From the NCBI RefSeq assembly GCF_009834535.1, contig NC_045698.1:2544001-2608000 (forward strand): 64,000 bases of DNA. Reading direction: 5' to 3'. The stretch's first letter is position 1. Every line of letters starts with the position of its first letter. Below the pieces are notes generated by a model. It was not told the DNA's origin. It saw only the letters and a list, made by a program, of their open reading frames with translations, and did not search any database. Positions 40,293 to 52,865 of the stretch are shown in pieces. The position numbers and the translations under genes were made by a program. The stretch comes from Camelus ferus (lineage: Eukaryota).

Positions 40293-40776
40293 TCAATCCA
40301 GGTAAGAAGGCAAAAGACAAACCCTACAGGACAATTGCACTGGCCACTGCAGGGCTGTGGGTGTGACAGAACAGCTTTGTGGAAAGGACCAGGGCGGGAG
40401 GTGTGGATGCTGCTGGAACCTCGGGGGACACCCCAGTGTGGGCTCACCTCTGGGTGTCCGGCACCTGCTCTCGGTAGCTCTCCCTTGGCTTTGAGCTGGC
40501 TGCTGAAATGTTCTCATGACGTATTTATAAACTGGGGCTTCTCCTTTGTTTCTCGGGCCCTTAAAATGTGGCCACACTATTTTGAAGAGGTTTTGATGGT
40601 AGGATTCTGAAATGCCAGAGCTTGCAGACAGTGGAGCGTACACAGACGTCTCAAGCATCTTCGGAGGTGATTTCAGTCTCTTGGCAGCGTGACTGACAGC
40701 CCTCACGCGTTCCCGCACATTGAGCCGTCTTCCATTTCTCAGGCACTTGCTCTCATTCCCGAGCTGAGTGGAACAC
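40293..40776 (-). other. candidate terminal exon f (open 161-codon frame to the stop at 40293)
   Basis: acceptor tctaatgttattttatgcatttgagcatag|G with branch-like ctaat; frame is part of track ORF 40293-40802. Confidence 0.4.
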
Positions 40777-41689
40777 CTATGCTCAAATGCATAAAATAAC
40801 ATTAGAAATGCAGACTTGATGTAGCCGATGGTAATGTGTTATTTAAAACTTATGAACCCAAATGAGGGCTTATTTTCTCCAAATTGAAATTTATAGTTTC
40901 ATTTTAGAGCGCGGACCTGCATCTTGATGGGCATGGGCACGTGGTCCTGGAAGCAAAGCAGGTGAGCACCAGGCAGCCGGCAGCCATTCTGGAGACGCAC
41001 GGACCACGCATGAAAAACTGGATGCTGCTCCCTGTACTGATGGCTGCAGACTCGGAACATGTTCTGTGCGGGTGACGTGCAGTCAGTAATGCGTCTGCTT
41101 TTATACCAACCAAACAAAACAAGGAAACCATTGGTCACTGTCCTTTATCTCTTCCGGGCTGTTAAACAGATCACAATAACCAGAAGTGTAATCTTTGAAA
41201 TCTGATTGCCTCTCTGTTAGATAAGCACGTGATTGATAGCTTGGTCCGTCACTTTGGCAAAAATGTTATAATATTAGACTTTACTGCAGTTGAAATTCAA
41301 GTCAACTTACCTACAAAACGTCCAGGGGCAGAGACTCAAGCCAAGCAGAATAACCTGTCTTCAAGGAGTCTGTGGTCCAGGCAGGGATGGGGCGTTCTGG
41401 ACATTTTAAGGTGTCACAGTGTAACTATGTGACCATTATTAAAATAAGACACTCTAAATAAAATAAAATAAGAAAATAAATATATACAGTGCACATAAAA
41501 TATACAATAAATAATGATAGAAAAGTTAGAGAAATTAGGAAGGAAAGCACATGAAACAAAATAGAACTGCCTAATGATTGAACTCTGAAAAGTACAAAAA
41601 GGGTAATTAAGTTAAATTTGGTGGGGTGGCAAGTTAGGAATTCCTGAGTATTTAGAAAATCTGAACTGTTCTGTAGAGAAGCGCTGGAC

Positions 41690-42260
41690 CCCAAGAGAGC
41701 GCCTCTGCGCGGCGCGCGGACGTCCCCGCTGCGCTCGCCCTTGCGCCCCCGGGCAGCGCGGCCAGGGCGGCGCGCTTTCCGCCGCGGAGCTCCGCGCGCT
41801 TCCCCGGCGGACGCGCGCCCGGCCCCGAGCCCGGCCCTGGGGAGGCCCGTGCCCGGCCCTGCGGGTGCCTGAGCGCGGAGGCTTCCCCCCTCCCCGGGGA
41901 AGGGCTGCCACGCGACCCGCGCTGGGCGGGGCCCCGCGGGCAGAGACGTGGAACACGGGGGAAGAGGGAGGAAACGCGAGGTGGCGGCCCCGGGAGCCGG
42001 CTCTCCTCGTGGGAAACGCACGCATCCTGGTGACAACAGCAAGAGTGCCGGGAAGCGGGAGGGAAACAGGCGGACCCCAAGCTCAGGTTGGCCTCGAGGG
42101 TGCTGGACGTTGGCCCCGGGGCGCGGCTGGGTCCCGCCGGCGCCAACCAAGCAGTGGAACCGGGTGACCACGACTATCAGCCCGCCTGTCACGCGGGCCC
42201 CAGTGGGCACCTGACGTCCGGCAGAGCCCGGGGTTCCTGTGACGCTACCCCAGCGTTGGA
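41690..42260. promoter_or_regulatory. CpG island, promoter-like
   Basis: very high GC and CpG density against AT-rich flank; Sp1 box gggcggggc (41924-41932), X-box-like catcctggtgacaac (42023-42037), CRE-like tgacgtc (42212-42218). Confidence 0.85.
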
Positions 42261-42966
42261 GCAACAGGGAAATGCAGTGATTAACGGCCTTGGCTTAAGA
42301 CTACGGCCACATTGTCAGAAAGACAAAGGAGGACTGACAAGGGCTTGTTAGAAACTCGAGGTGTGTGTCTCCCCTGGTGGGGAGGCTCAGCAGGGGCGCG
42401 GGGCTGTGCTCGCCAGCTGGGGTCGTTGCCCATCACTGGTCCTTCCAGGGGAGCCGGTGGCCAGGCCTGCCCTCGGCCCACTGGGTTCTTTCTTCTCACA
42501 TCAGTTCCTGTTCTCGCCTCCTCTCTGCTGAACCAGGAGCCGACTGTCTTGCAAAGAAATCCAGGGCGATCTCCTCAAAACATCATTACACTTCCGTGAG
42601 GGACGCGTGATGCCCTGCCTCCCGGCCAGCGAGCGTCGGCTCTGGGGTTTGAATCGGGATGGCGATGGTCCAATCCCAACCCAGGACCGGGGACGCGGGG
42701 TGAAGGGCATGGACGCCCGCCCTGGAGTCGGCCTCCTCCTGTCTCCTCTCACGTGCAGGGTCAGAGGCGGGAGCTCTCCTCCCTCCCGGGCCCCCTTTCT
42801 CCTCCATCTCACAGTAATTTTTTCTTTAGTCTATTGATGTTTCTCTGTGTTGCAGTAAACTTGGGAACTCACAAATGTGATGCAAGTTAGAACATTCTGC
42901 ACATATTATAGCAAAATAAGTATTATTTTGAAATGCTTACAGTTAAATACACACACACACACACAG

Positions 42967-43100
42967 AGTTTAATCCCAAAGTTTGCTGTGTGTTCAGTTC
43001 GCACTAAACAGCTGTGTGATTTTGGCAAGTTTCTTAACTTTGATATGCCACTTTTTTTCAGCTGTAAATTTCTGATATTACTACTATTTGTTGCATTGAC
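42967..43100 (+). mobile_element. MIR fragment preceded by (AC)n
   Basis: cagctgtgtgattttggcaagtttcttaactt...cagctgtaaat. Confidence 0.6.
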
Positions 43101-43789
43101 TGTGCTGCATAATACATGAGTATCTGTCACGGTGGCACGCATCCAACCCTGCACTTAAAAACTGTTGTCCGCGGTTATTAGAAGTGTAAGTATGTGTATT
43201 ACTATTTTTATGACGTTTCCCAAACTAGTCATTAAAAAACCCAAAGCAGCATATCGGTGAACATATTTGATTTAATGCAAAACCTTATTTCAGTAAGAAT
43301 TTCAGCCTATTTTGAAATTGGAAATCCTATAATGCTTTAGTCTTTAAGTCATATAATTCTGCAGTCCTTGGGGGTGGAAAAGTCTTTCCTCTGGTCACTT
43401 GACTCCTATAGTCTGCTTTTATTAAAAAGTACAGTTTTAACATCAAATGCATAAAATTTCATTAAAGCAAAAGATCTCAATTAAAGTGCTTCCAATAAGT
43501 CATTAATCACTCCGTTAAAACTATAAGCTCTATAACAAATTCTCTGTGATCACTTTTATACTCACATGCATCACAGGAAATTTTAGGTGGAACGATAAGA
43601 AATTGCCATTTTGTATGTCAGAAATGCTCAAATGTCGGTAATTTCACATGGCTTAATTAATATTTAATTCATGTGGTTAAGCACAGATATATCTTTTTTT
43701 TTTAAATTGATCTTCCAAAATAACCCAAATTCATATTTTACAGACAGTTTAAAAGTTAGCGATTCTGAAAGAACTGCAGACAGTCTCAC

Positions 43790-43895
43790 CGTACACACAT
43801 CATCATTGTGAACTGAGTAGCTGCCTCGTTTAGGGCAAAATGAAATATTTATCGTGGACCAAATAAAGAAGCGATGTAATGGCAAATTCCGATAT
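43790..43895 (-). other. candidate exon e (106 nt)
   Basis: acceptor gtgtccccag|A, donor TACG|gtgaga. Confidence 0.4.
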
Positions 43896-44415
43896 CTGGG
43901 GACACTGCTGTCACTGTGAGCACCGGTGAAACAGCTCTGGCCTAATTTCCTCTGACTTGGGATGTGTGCGAATCACAGGGAAATGGGAACTGACTACAGA
44001 CTGAGAAAATCAGCAAAGACAGAAAATCATTGCGAATCAGAACCTTATCAATATTTCACTAGGCTAAGACTAAACGTCTTACTCCTCCAGAAACAGAAAG
44101 CTGTTTTCTCAAAACCGTAACACTGGGATGAAGAAGAGTTCATCACAATAGTGCTCAAGGCTGAGATTTTAAGGAAAACCTCAGAGTCCAGGGTTCATGT
44201 GTATCTGCATCACATGAAATTAAAATGTACCTGCCCACAGTCAGTATCTCTGGGTAACAGAAATATTTTTATGGTGGATTATAATTGGTAAAACATTTAG
44301 TCTAGGCACTGCCTACAATATGCTAACAGAGCTGTGCCTGAATCTGTTGGAATCCAGTCTTACTTTTTCTTACTACAGTGGCCATGACTAGAGCCCACCA
44401 AGAGTGCCATAATAC

Positions 44416-44502
44416 CTTTCCCCTTCTTTCTGACAATAGAAGAAAAAGAGTGTTCTTTCATGGCCTGCTTCAAAGATTTTCTTAACATCCCCACGGTGAC
44501 AG
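44416..44502 (-). other. candidate exon d (87 nt)
   Basis: acceptor ttttttgtttgtttttcaag|C, donor AAAG|gtatta. Confidence 0.5.
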
Positions 44503-45005
44503 CTTGAAAAACAAACAAAAAACCCCCCACAAAAACAGGAAGTGACCTTTAACCTAGACCCTAAGCAGAGCAGATTCTCAATTAGATCAGCCCCTGGGGT
44601 TTTCACCAAGAAATAAAGTCAACGGCACAAAGCTTTGGAGATATAATTCTTTGTTCTGTGATAAATTTCTCTTAGATGGAGGCAAATAAACCAAGAAAAA
44701 TAAACAAAACACACCAATTAAGGTTCAGCTTCCTACTTCACATAAACCAAGAGAACATTGATAAATTTAGTCCTTCACTGAGCTTGGAAGGCTTGTGGTT
44801 TGCTTTGTCATTTGAGTTTTTGCCTTAAGGAAAAAAAAAAAAAGTGCTGCCAGTGTTTATAAAAGGGGTAACTCTGCAAAGGAAAATGTCTTAGCTATGT
44901 CAGAAGTTTTGTTGAAATTAAAATGTTCTGGGCAGAAAAGCGTGGTCAATTTAGAGAACATAAGATTGTAAAAAATTCATGATTACCTATGAGACTGGAT
45001 TTTAT

Positions 45006-45033
45006 ACACACACGCACACACACACGCACACAC

Positions 45034-45085
<52 letters not shown>
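45006..45085. repeat. long (CA)n microsatellite with CG interruptions
   Basis: direct reading. Confidence 0.97.
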
Positions 45086-45089
<4 letters not shown>

Positions 45090-48000
45090 CTGGCTTCTTT
45101 CTCCCAGCCTCAGAGCCATTCAAATGTCCTCCGTTCCAGAAACGTGCCCCTGGCCTCAGATCCCCTCCTGACTGAGCTGGCTGCTTACCCCTTCCTCTGT
45201 GAGCCTCCCCTTCTCCTTCAAGCCACCTTCATTCCTGGGTGCCCTGAGCCCCCCACTCAACTGGAATGGCTCCAGCCGAGGGTGGCGCCTTCTCTTTCTC
45301 AAAGTTAAGGGTTACATTTTAGTCCTTTCTTACTAAATTCCCCCTCCCCTATTCCACACCTTTTCTCATCCTCGCCTTTATGAAATACTAACCCCCGTGG
45401 CCTCATGTGGCCTCCCTCCCCTCACCGTCCTCTGCAGACTCTCTCTGGTCCCTGTGGACTCCCTGTCTCCTGTCCGCCATGAGTGTCTTCACCCTCCGAC
45501 CCTGGGCCCCTCCTTCCCCTTCTCACACTCCCCCTGGATCTGAACAAATGCTTGTGGTTTGTCCCATTACACGCAGGCCTGTGATCCACCCACATGCACT
45601 TCTGGTGCCCACTCCTGTCTCCAGGACCAGGTGTAACTCAAAGAGCCCAGCATGAGGCTGCATGGCCCCTGTTAAATATACTAAGAATTTCAAGGCGCTG
45701 TAGTTGAGCAAACCCCAACACGGGTCCCTCACAAGCACACAGGCTGGATGTGGCTCCTGGCCTTTGTGATGGGAGAGCCAATGGTTTGTCATGAGTGACC
45801 TATCTCAGACCTGCATCTGGGGGGCTTGACCCAGAGGGAGCGATGGAGAGGATGAGTGGAACAGGCTGGTCCCAGGAGCAAGATGGCAGTCAACAAGGAC
45901 TGTGCTCAACTTCCAACCTAAAGAAGTGAGAAATGGAGGCTCAGGGAGCTGGTCAACACCCACAAAATATCACCATGACCCTCTCGCCCAGTTTTCAGGC
46001 TGAGACAATTCACAGCCCCGATCCACTGACTGAAGCAAAGGCCGAGTCTCCGTGATGAATACCAAGGGTTGGGTACGTGGGGATCCAAGGCTGGAAATCA
46101 GAAGTGCCCCACTTACCATCCCTCTCAGGACACACGGGTGAGTGTGCTTCTCCTCCCACCGTCTGTGCCTGAGGTTCTGTGGGTCATGAGCTCATGGTTC
46201 CCAAAGGTGAATGCTTCCTTCCAGGGCGCACTGAGTCTGTTCCATTCAATCCTATGCCCTGCCTTCTCCATCCTTTCAGATTCCTCGTGCTGATGGCCCA
46301 GAAGGCAAGGAAGGCTCACCACCCCACCATGCAGAAGAGCTGCCCTCACACCACAGATGCTGGGAAACAGGTCCGGCACGGGGGTGACCCCAGGCACGTC
46401 GGCTGCTGCTCTCCTGATCACTCTTGTCGCTAAGTGAGTGAGCACCTCGACCACAGCCTATGAAGGGCACGCGGCCAGCAGAGGTGGTGCTGACGGGGAG
46501 GGGAATCTAGAATGGATAATGCGGGGGGAAGTGATGGGGGCCGCCCACAGCTTTGAGCCTGTGGTCCTCCCCACTGACCGTCTCGTAAGCTTCCCCAGGA
46601 TGCACAGCAACTAGAACCTTGGAGCCACCGTTTGCAATGGGGTGAACTCACTCTAATGACAAGTGGACTCAGGTGGGGCAAAGCATGGACTGCAGTCGAC
46701 TCCACACAGTGGGTGTTAATGCTGGACCCGAAGCCTCCGCAGGGCCAAAGCCTCCATCCCCCGGCTCAGTCAGCGCCAGTGCTTTTCGATGACTCAGCAG
46801 ACTGCCTCTCCCGGAACTGTGCTCTGCCAAGAGCGGGTGCCCAGCACGAAGTTCCCGCCCCTCCCTGGGGCAGCGTGCGATGACAGGTCCATGAGGGAGT
46901 CCAAAGCCCTGGCCTGCTGCCGGCGGCACAGCTCCGAAGCAGCATCTCAGCATCAGAGCTCCTCCCCCAGGATCAGCCGAGCCCTCGGCCGAATGACTTC
47001 CGCGGCACAACTGCTCTCTGCTCAGTTCTGCTGCCCGCTCCCCGCACACGTGCTGTTCCTGAGGACTCTCCCCAGGAAAATGTCCGGATTCCCGTCTCAG
47101 CCTCGGAAGTCGTTTCCTCTGGGGCCTGAGCATTGGCACTTCCTTTCATATCTCCCGGGCCAGTCATGACACTCGTGTCCCGGCACAGGCGAGCAGGGAG
47201 TTATGTTTCTTGCTCTGGGAGGAAAGAGGTTACTGATCAAAGGGACTCAGGATTTCTTCCAACACGGTTGAGCCAGATACGGAGAACTTGCTGGAACGGA
47301 CCTTGAAGGTCAGACTAGGGAGGATGGAATGCAGATCTGGACAGGAGAGAGCTGACTGACACAGGAGCAGTCCGGGTTACCTGAGGTTTAAAATCTGGAC
47401 TAAGACACCAAGAAGAATCTTAACATCTGTGCCATCTGTCTTCTTAAAGCTTGGACGTCCAGATGAGCTGGAATAGGTGGAGAGAAGTTGAGTATTGAGG
47501 CAAGGGACAGAGGCTCAGGGAGGTGGCCCTGGGAGATGGATTTGTTGTATGAGCGCAAACACAGGAGCCCTGGTCAGATGCCTCGAAGCCCGTACCTAAC
47601 GAGTGTCACTGAGAAGCTCAGCGGCGAGTCTCACCCACAGGTCTGGGCGGCCCAGAGGAGATGCAACACGAAATGGGAATTCCAAGTAGCAGTGGGAAGG
47701 ACAGACTCCCCACAGCAGAGCTTAACCATCAGTGACAAGGTGAACGGAATTCTGCAGTAGACAAGGGGGCAAGCAGGGCGCCTCAACCCGGAAGGGTCAG
47801 GGAAGGTGTTAATGGACCACTGCATTCCCAGGGCTGAGAAATAGGGGCCACCAACTGGGATATTGTCTGGTTTGTACACAAAGAGGAAGAGAGAAGAGAG
47901 AGTGCAAGCTAGCGGGCTTGGAGCAGAGGCCAACAACAGCCCTGCACAAACCCACGTCAGAGTTGGTCCAGTGGATCCAGAGACCCACTCTGTGCTCCCC

Positions 48001-49693
48001 CCACCAGTCCCCAGGATATGGGCCAGAGCTCCAGTTTTCTCCTGGATCCTGGGCAACAGCGATGGCATTGTGGTAACCGTGGCATTTGTGAGCACCTACG
48101 ACATCCCCAGTGCTTGACCTGTGTTACGGCACTCAAAAAAGTCCTCGCCGAACCTTCTGAGGAAGACATAATTCTCCTTGCTTATGGGTGAGACGCTGCA
48201 CCCAAGGTCACACATCGTTAAGCGGCAGGTGGGCATCTAGGCTCATCTTGGAAGGGCTCTGACTTGAGATTTTCAGTCAATGCTGTTTTCTATTGGTTTA
48301 AAATTGATTTTTCAGACCATGGTTTACTTATTTATTTTAGATTTGTGGCTCTATTTGCAACTATTTAAAAATTCGGCAACATGCAGTGGCTTTTTATATT
48401 TTGTTTTCTACTCTCTGTATGTTGTGTGCCATGCACATCCCAGTTCCTCTCTATAGAGAAAATGCTAGTCTTTTCCGGCTATTTCTAAACTGTCCTGGCA
48501 CCAAAATTAAAATTTAGTATATTTTCTTTAAAACGTTAGTTAATACTATTTCTTCTTTGTTCTATTTGCTTTTTCCTGCTAGAATTAAAAATGGGAGCTC
48601 CGGGAATGAAAGACTTCAGTGGAAAGATTTGCAGAGTGAAGCCGTCCTAAGAGCGGCCTCGTCGGAGGCATGTCACGCTTGGTCTGGCTCGCCCTCCCGC
48701 CCTGCCCCACGCGCGGGGCATCGTCCATCGTTGGAAGTGGCCTCTGGCAGGAAAACTTGCGTGTCCACAAGCGACAGGAAACAACACTGTCTACACTGCC
48801 TCTGCCACTCGCTCTAGTCTTCCTAAACGCTGCTCCCCGCAGCACCCTGCCTGTGTTCCGTGTTGATTTGCTCAGCTTACAGCATCTGCACTTCCTAATA
48901 AAGACAGCACGGAGATGAGCGCCCCGATAGCACCCTTGGCAGTCATCTGGGCTGCGCTCGGGAGAAGTGGAACCATGTCTGGGTGCACAACTTTGGAGAG
49001 CCGCACGCCGAGATGTGGGGGGCTGATTGTGATGATGACTATTTCTGGGTTAATCTTTCAAAGCTTTCTTTTTAGGAAGTGAATGTATAAATAAAACAGG
49101 CAAAAATATATATATATCCGCCAGCAGGCAAAGGAGGAGAGAGCCATAGTGCCGTTGAGTTCTGTAATCACAGCACAGCCGCCCCGTCCGTGGCTAATGG
49201 AAGGGTGATGGGATATCATAATCCCTTTGCTGAGCTCCTTTACTGCAGCCATGATGACTAAATTTCTTGTGTCTTATCGCACTGGCACAGGCTGGAACCG
49301 GGAGAAGGGGCTCTGAAGAAAACAGCATGAAAACGAGAAAGACGATGATCAGATTACCAGCCCCTGGATCTGTGAGCCGGTCCCAATCTGACCAGAGCAG
49401 GCTTGATTCCAGACCCACGGGGGGACTTAAACCCCAACCTCTCGCTCTTCGTCCCAGCACACCACTGTTTTTAAAGAACACCAGACAGCCTTCCAATTAC
49501 GATGCTGTGGTTTTCTCTTTCTGCCCTGGTCTACCCACTGTAAATCTGCTAGTGAAAGAGGTGGCCCTTCTGGAACTTCAGGGGTGCAGAAATCAGACGG
49601 ACTGATGGATTTCAGGTTAGAGATCCTTCCTGGAAGATTGACTATCAAAAGAGGTGGAGAGTGGGGAGCCACAGTTCTTTGCCTCTTCAGGAA

Positions 49694-49717
49694 GTGTGTG
49701 TGTGTGTGTGTGTGTGT
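49694..49717. repeat. (GT)n microsatellite
   Basis: direct reading. Confidence 0.95.
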
Positions 49718-49899
49718 TTCACACAGGTTTTTCTGGGGCAGACAAAGGTGGGGTCCTTTGAGGCACAGAGCAACTCATTGCTTCTGAGAGTCTGAACCAT
49801 CCCCTCCACAGACACAGGACCCAGCTGTGAGCTCAGCCTCTCTCTGCTTCTCAAGGGGTTGACCTGTTTTGCATTTTGAAGGAGAAGAATTTCTTTCAC

Positions 49900-49988
49900 C
49901 TGCGGAGGTGATAAGAATTCCCTGATGTCTGATTCTTACTGTGTTTAGTCCAACAATGGTGGAATCGTGTTCCATAAAATAAATTCCT
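49900..49988 (-). other. candidate exon c (89 nt)
   Basis: acceptor ccatctcaccctgcag|A, donor GCAG|gtgaaa. Confidence 0.5.
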
Positions 49989-51141
49989 CTGCAGGGTGAG
50001 ATGGGGTAGCTATTGGATGCCATCTGCACTTGAAGTCCAGAGACCCACGTTCAGTGTCATGGAGAACCAAGATACCACACCTCCCACCTGCCATGAGCCT
50101 CACAGGTACTGGAGCTTTGAGCCAATCTTTCATAGGCTTGGGGAGGGTGGAGAAGCATCAGGAGGGGAACACTTGTTCTCTGGTCATTTGGCTGTTAAGA
50201 GAGGCAACCAGACAGATCCAAGTACAACAGGTAACTTTAAAAAATGTTGGGCAAATGTAAGCTTCGGCAAGGGCTAGGTCAACCAGGCTCTGAGAAAGAA
50301 AACATGCACTGAACACTCAAGCCAGACGAAAGAAAGAAGAAGTGAAACATCCTGGCAGAGAACCCGAAAGAGCTAGGATGCTGAGCTCCCTCTCAAAAAT
50401 GGCTACGCCAGGAGTCTGTAAAAGAAAAAGATGGATGGAAAGAGATGATGCCAGGGCACAGGTCCTGGAGGCAGTGTTGGCATGAAAGGGGGTTCTATCA
50501 GGAAGCCAAGAGAAGACTCCGCTTCCGGGAAAGGCCAGGATAAGAGTCATGGCTGGGAATCATGAGGAGCCTGGCTGTGGGAAGCTTGTAGCAAGGACAG
50601 ATCTGTGCAGGTGAAGAGGATAAGCTTGAGTTGGGGCCACTGTTTGCTTCTTGAGAATCGGTTTTACTCTGTTGTGTTTCCAAGGTGAAAGGAGCCAACT
50701 ACGGAGGGCTAAACAACTTTTTAAAGTCTGTAGGGAAAGTTGTAAGAGAGAGATAAAAGTATATATTTTGAAGTTTTAGGGACCAGATCTGATCATGATG
50801 AACTTATCCAGGAGCAATCTAGTTGTCTTAAAAGCATTAGAACCTACTTTCAAGGAAAGTGTCACTCATAGATGAAATCACAATGATTTATTTAATATGA
50901 CCCAATATAATATGTATTAAACATTACAATTGAGTTGGAAGGACTGATTCTCCTTTACCTCATTAATCACACTGTTCTTGAACTAATCTACAGATTGGCC
51001 CTATGTAAAGAAGAGTTTACATGTTCAAGTGGAAATCATTAGTTCTTTGTAAAATATCAGATACAGTGCATTTGGTTTTTCCCAAACAGACCTAGAGAAG
51101 CTGGAAAAAGCTATCTCTTGAAAACTTTAAAAAGGTATTAC

Positions 51142-51190
51142 CTTGATGGAGAGCAACAATAACAACAGTAACACTGAGCAGATTTGAAAA
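51142..51190 (-). other. candidate exon b (49 nt)
   Basis: acceptor tcttctcctggctctaatgattttcccctcag|T with branch ctctaat; donor CAAG|gtaata. Confidence 0.55.
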
Positions 51191-51788
51191 CTGAGGGGAA
51201 AATCATTAGAGCCAGGAGAAGAAAAAAAACCATATATGCAAATAGACAAATGTCAATAGATTATATGAAGCATGCCAGATTCTTTTGTAAAAGACAAGCA
51301 GCAATAAGGTAAAATAGATTTTAGATCAATAAAAAGATACAAAATGTTAAACATTTTGAACTTTTCTTGCTAAGTGGAATCCCACTGACTGCAGATTTCC
51401 ACAAGTGTATGTGCTGGAGGTGTTGAAGGGTCCTAACTGTGCCGGGGAGAGCTGAGGGTGGAAGCCCTGCTTCCCTGCTGAGACCCCTGGGATGGGCATC
51501 TGGTGAGCCTCCCAGTGCTGTGTCCTTATCCCTGGAAGGGGTTGCAGTGCTGTGCCAAGAACTGCATCAAGGGACCCATGGTACAGAGGAAAGTTTCCAT
51601 GAATATTGGCTACCCTCACTAATGATGAAGTCTGTGTGTATATGTGATGTTAGCTCTGAGGCAAACAATACAGAATTGAATAATTACCCTTTCTCTGTAG
51701 CTGTATTTCCTTGGAACTGTGGGAGGATCTTCATGCTTATTTGTCAGGAAAAAAAGGGTTCTCCAAGCAGGTTTGCATTTGTATAGAC

Positions 51789-52236
51789 CTAGGTTTCTCA
51801 GTCCCAGCACTCGTGACATTTTAAACTAGATATCCTTTTTAAAAAAATTTTTTTGAAGTATTGTTGATTTACAATGTTGTAGTTTCTGGCGTACAGCACA
51901 GTGATTCAGTTATACGTACAGATGTATATTCTTTTTCATATCTTTTTTCAATATAGTCCCCTGTGGTATACAGTAAGACTTTGTTGTTTATCTATTTTAT
52001 ATACAGTAATGTGTGATAATGCCAAACCCCTAATTTATCCATTTCCCATCTTTCCCCTTTGGATTCTTCTTTGCTGCAGGGCTGTAATGTGCATTGTGAG
52101 ATGTTTAGCAGCATTCCTGACCTCCATCCTCCAGATGCCATTGACACTGTCCACTCCATCATGACTCTCAGAAATGTCTCCAGCCATTGTCAAGTGGTCC
52201 CAGTGGATCTCAATGGCCCCCAGTTGAGAACCACTG
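51789..52236 (+). mobile_element. MER20 (hAT-Charlie) split by an L1 3'-end insertion
   Basis: ggtttctca...gcact..tgacatttt (51789-51832), resuming at 52063 with gtgcattgtgagatgtttagcagcattcctg...aaatgtctccag...cagttgagaaccactg. Confidence 0.85.
51833..52062 (-). mobile_element. artiodactyl L1 3' end inside MER20
   Basis: ttttgaagtattgttgatttacaatgttg..agtttctggcgtacagcacagtgattcagttata...ttcccctttgg. Confidence 0.85.
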
Positions 52237-52865
52237 GCCTAGGCCTTCAGACAAGCTGGGGGCGGCTGGGGACAGAGCACCCCATACTTCAGAGCCTGGT
52301 ACTTAACCGTAGCATTCAGGCAAGTTGCTTCAGAGAACAACCCTGTAGGGTCTTCTGGTGCAGTCTCAGGATGACGCATACTTTGGCCCTGACTTGCCAT
52401 CATGTATCACAGGCAGACGTGGACCTGTACAGTGACATCCAGCAAGATGGATCCAAGGGCCGATCTTCTGCTTTGAGGTAGAACAAAATCACAGCTGGAC
52501 TGTTTTTAAGGATCCTGAATTACTGCTTTCATATTTTCCTTCTGAAACAACTCTGAGGCTGTGAAATAGGAGGTTTCTAAAAGAAGGCAGTATGCTCTCC
52601 AAATAAAGTGAGGAAAATATGGTATGAGTCCTCTGAGTCTTCAGGAGCAAGTGAGAGAGGAGGCATATTCTGGTTGAGGTGCAGTGACATCTCTTCTTTC
52701 ATTCTTCAGTTTGTGAGGTGAGCCTCTTGCTGGTACCCAGAGATGCCATGTTGGAAGAGGCACGGTTCAAGCCTTCAGGAAAATCAGCTGGGACAACTAC
52801 ATGATACATATACTCAAAGATCAAACATCCTTTGGAAGACCAAATATAATTTAAATCAAAATCAC

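Noticed and set aside
41425..42264. 279-aa minus ORF with hydrophobic tail
   Set aside because: Explained by a stop-poor CpG island plus a T-rich tract that mimics a transmembrane segment; non-ATG start
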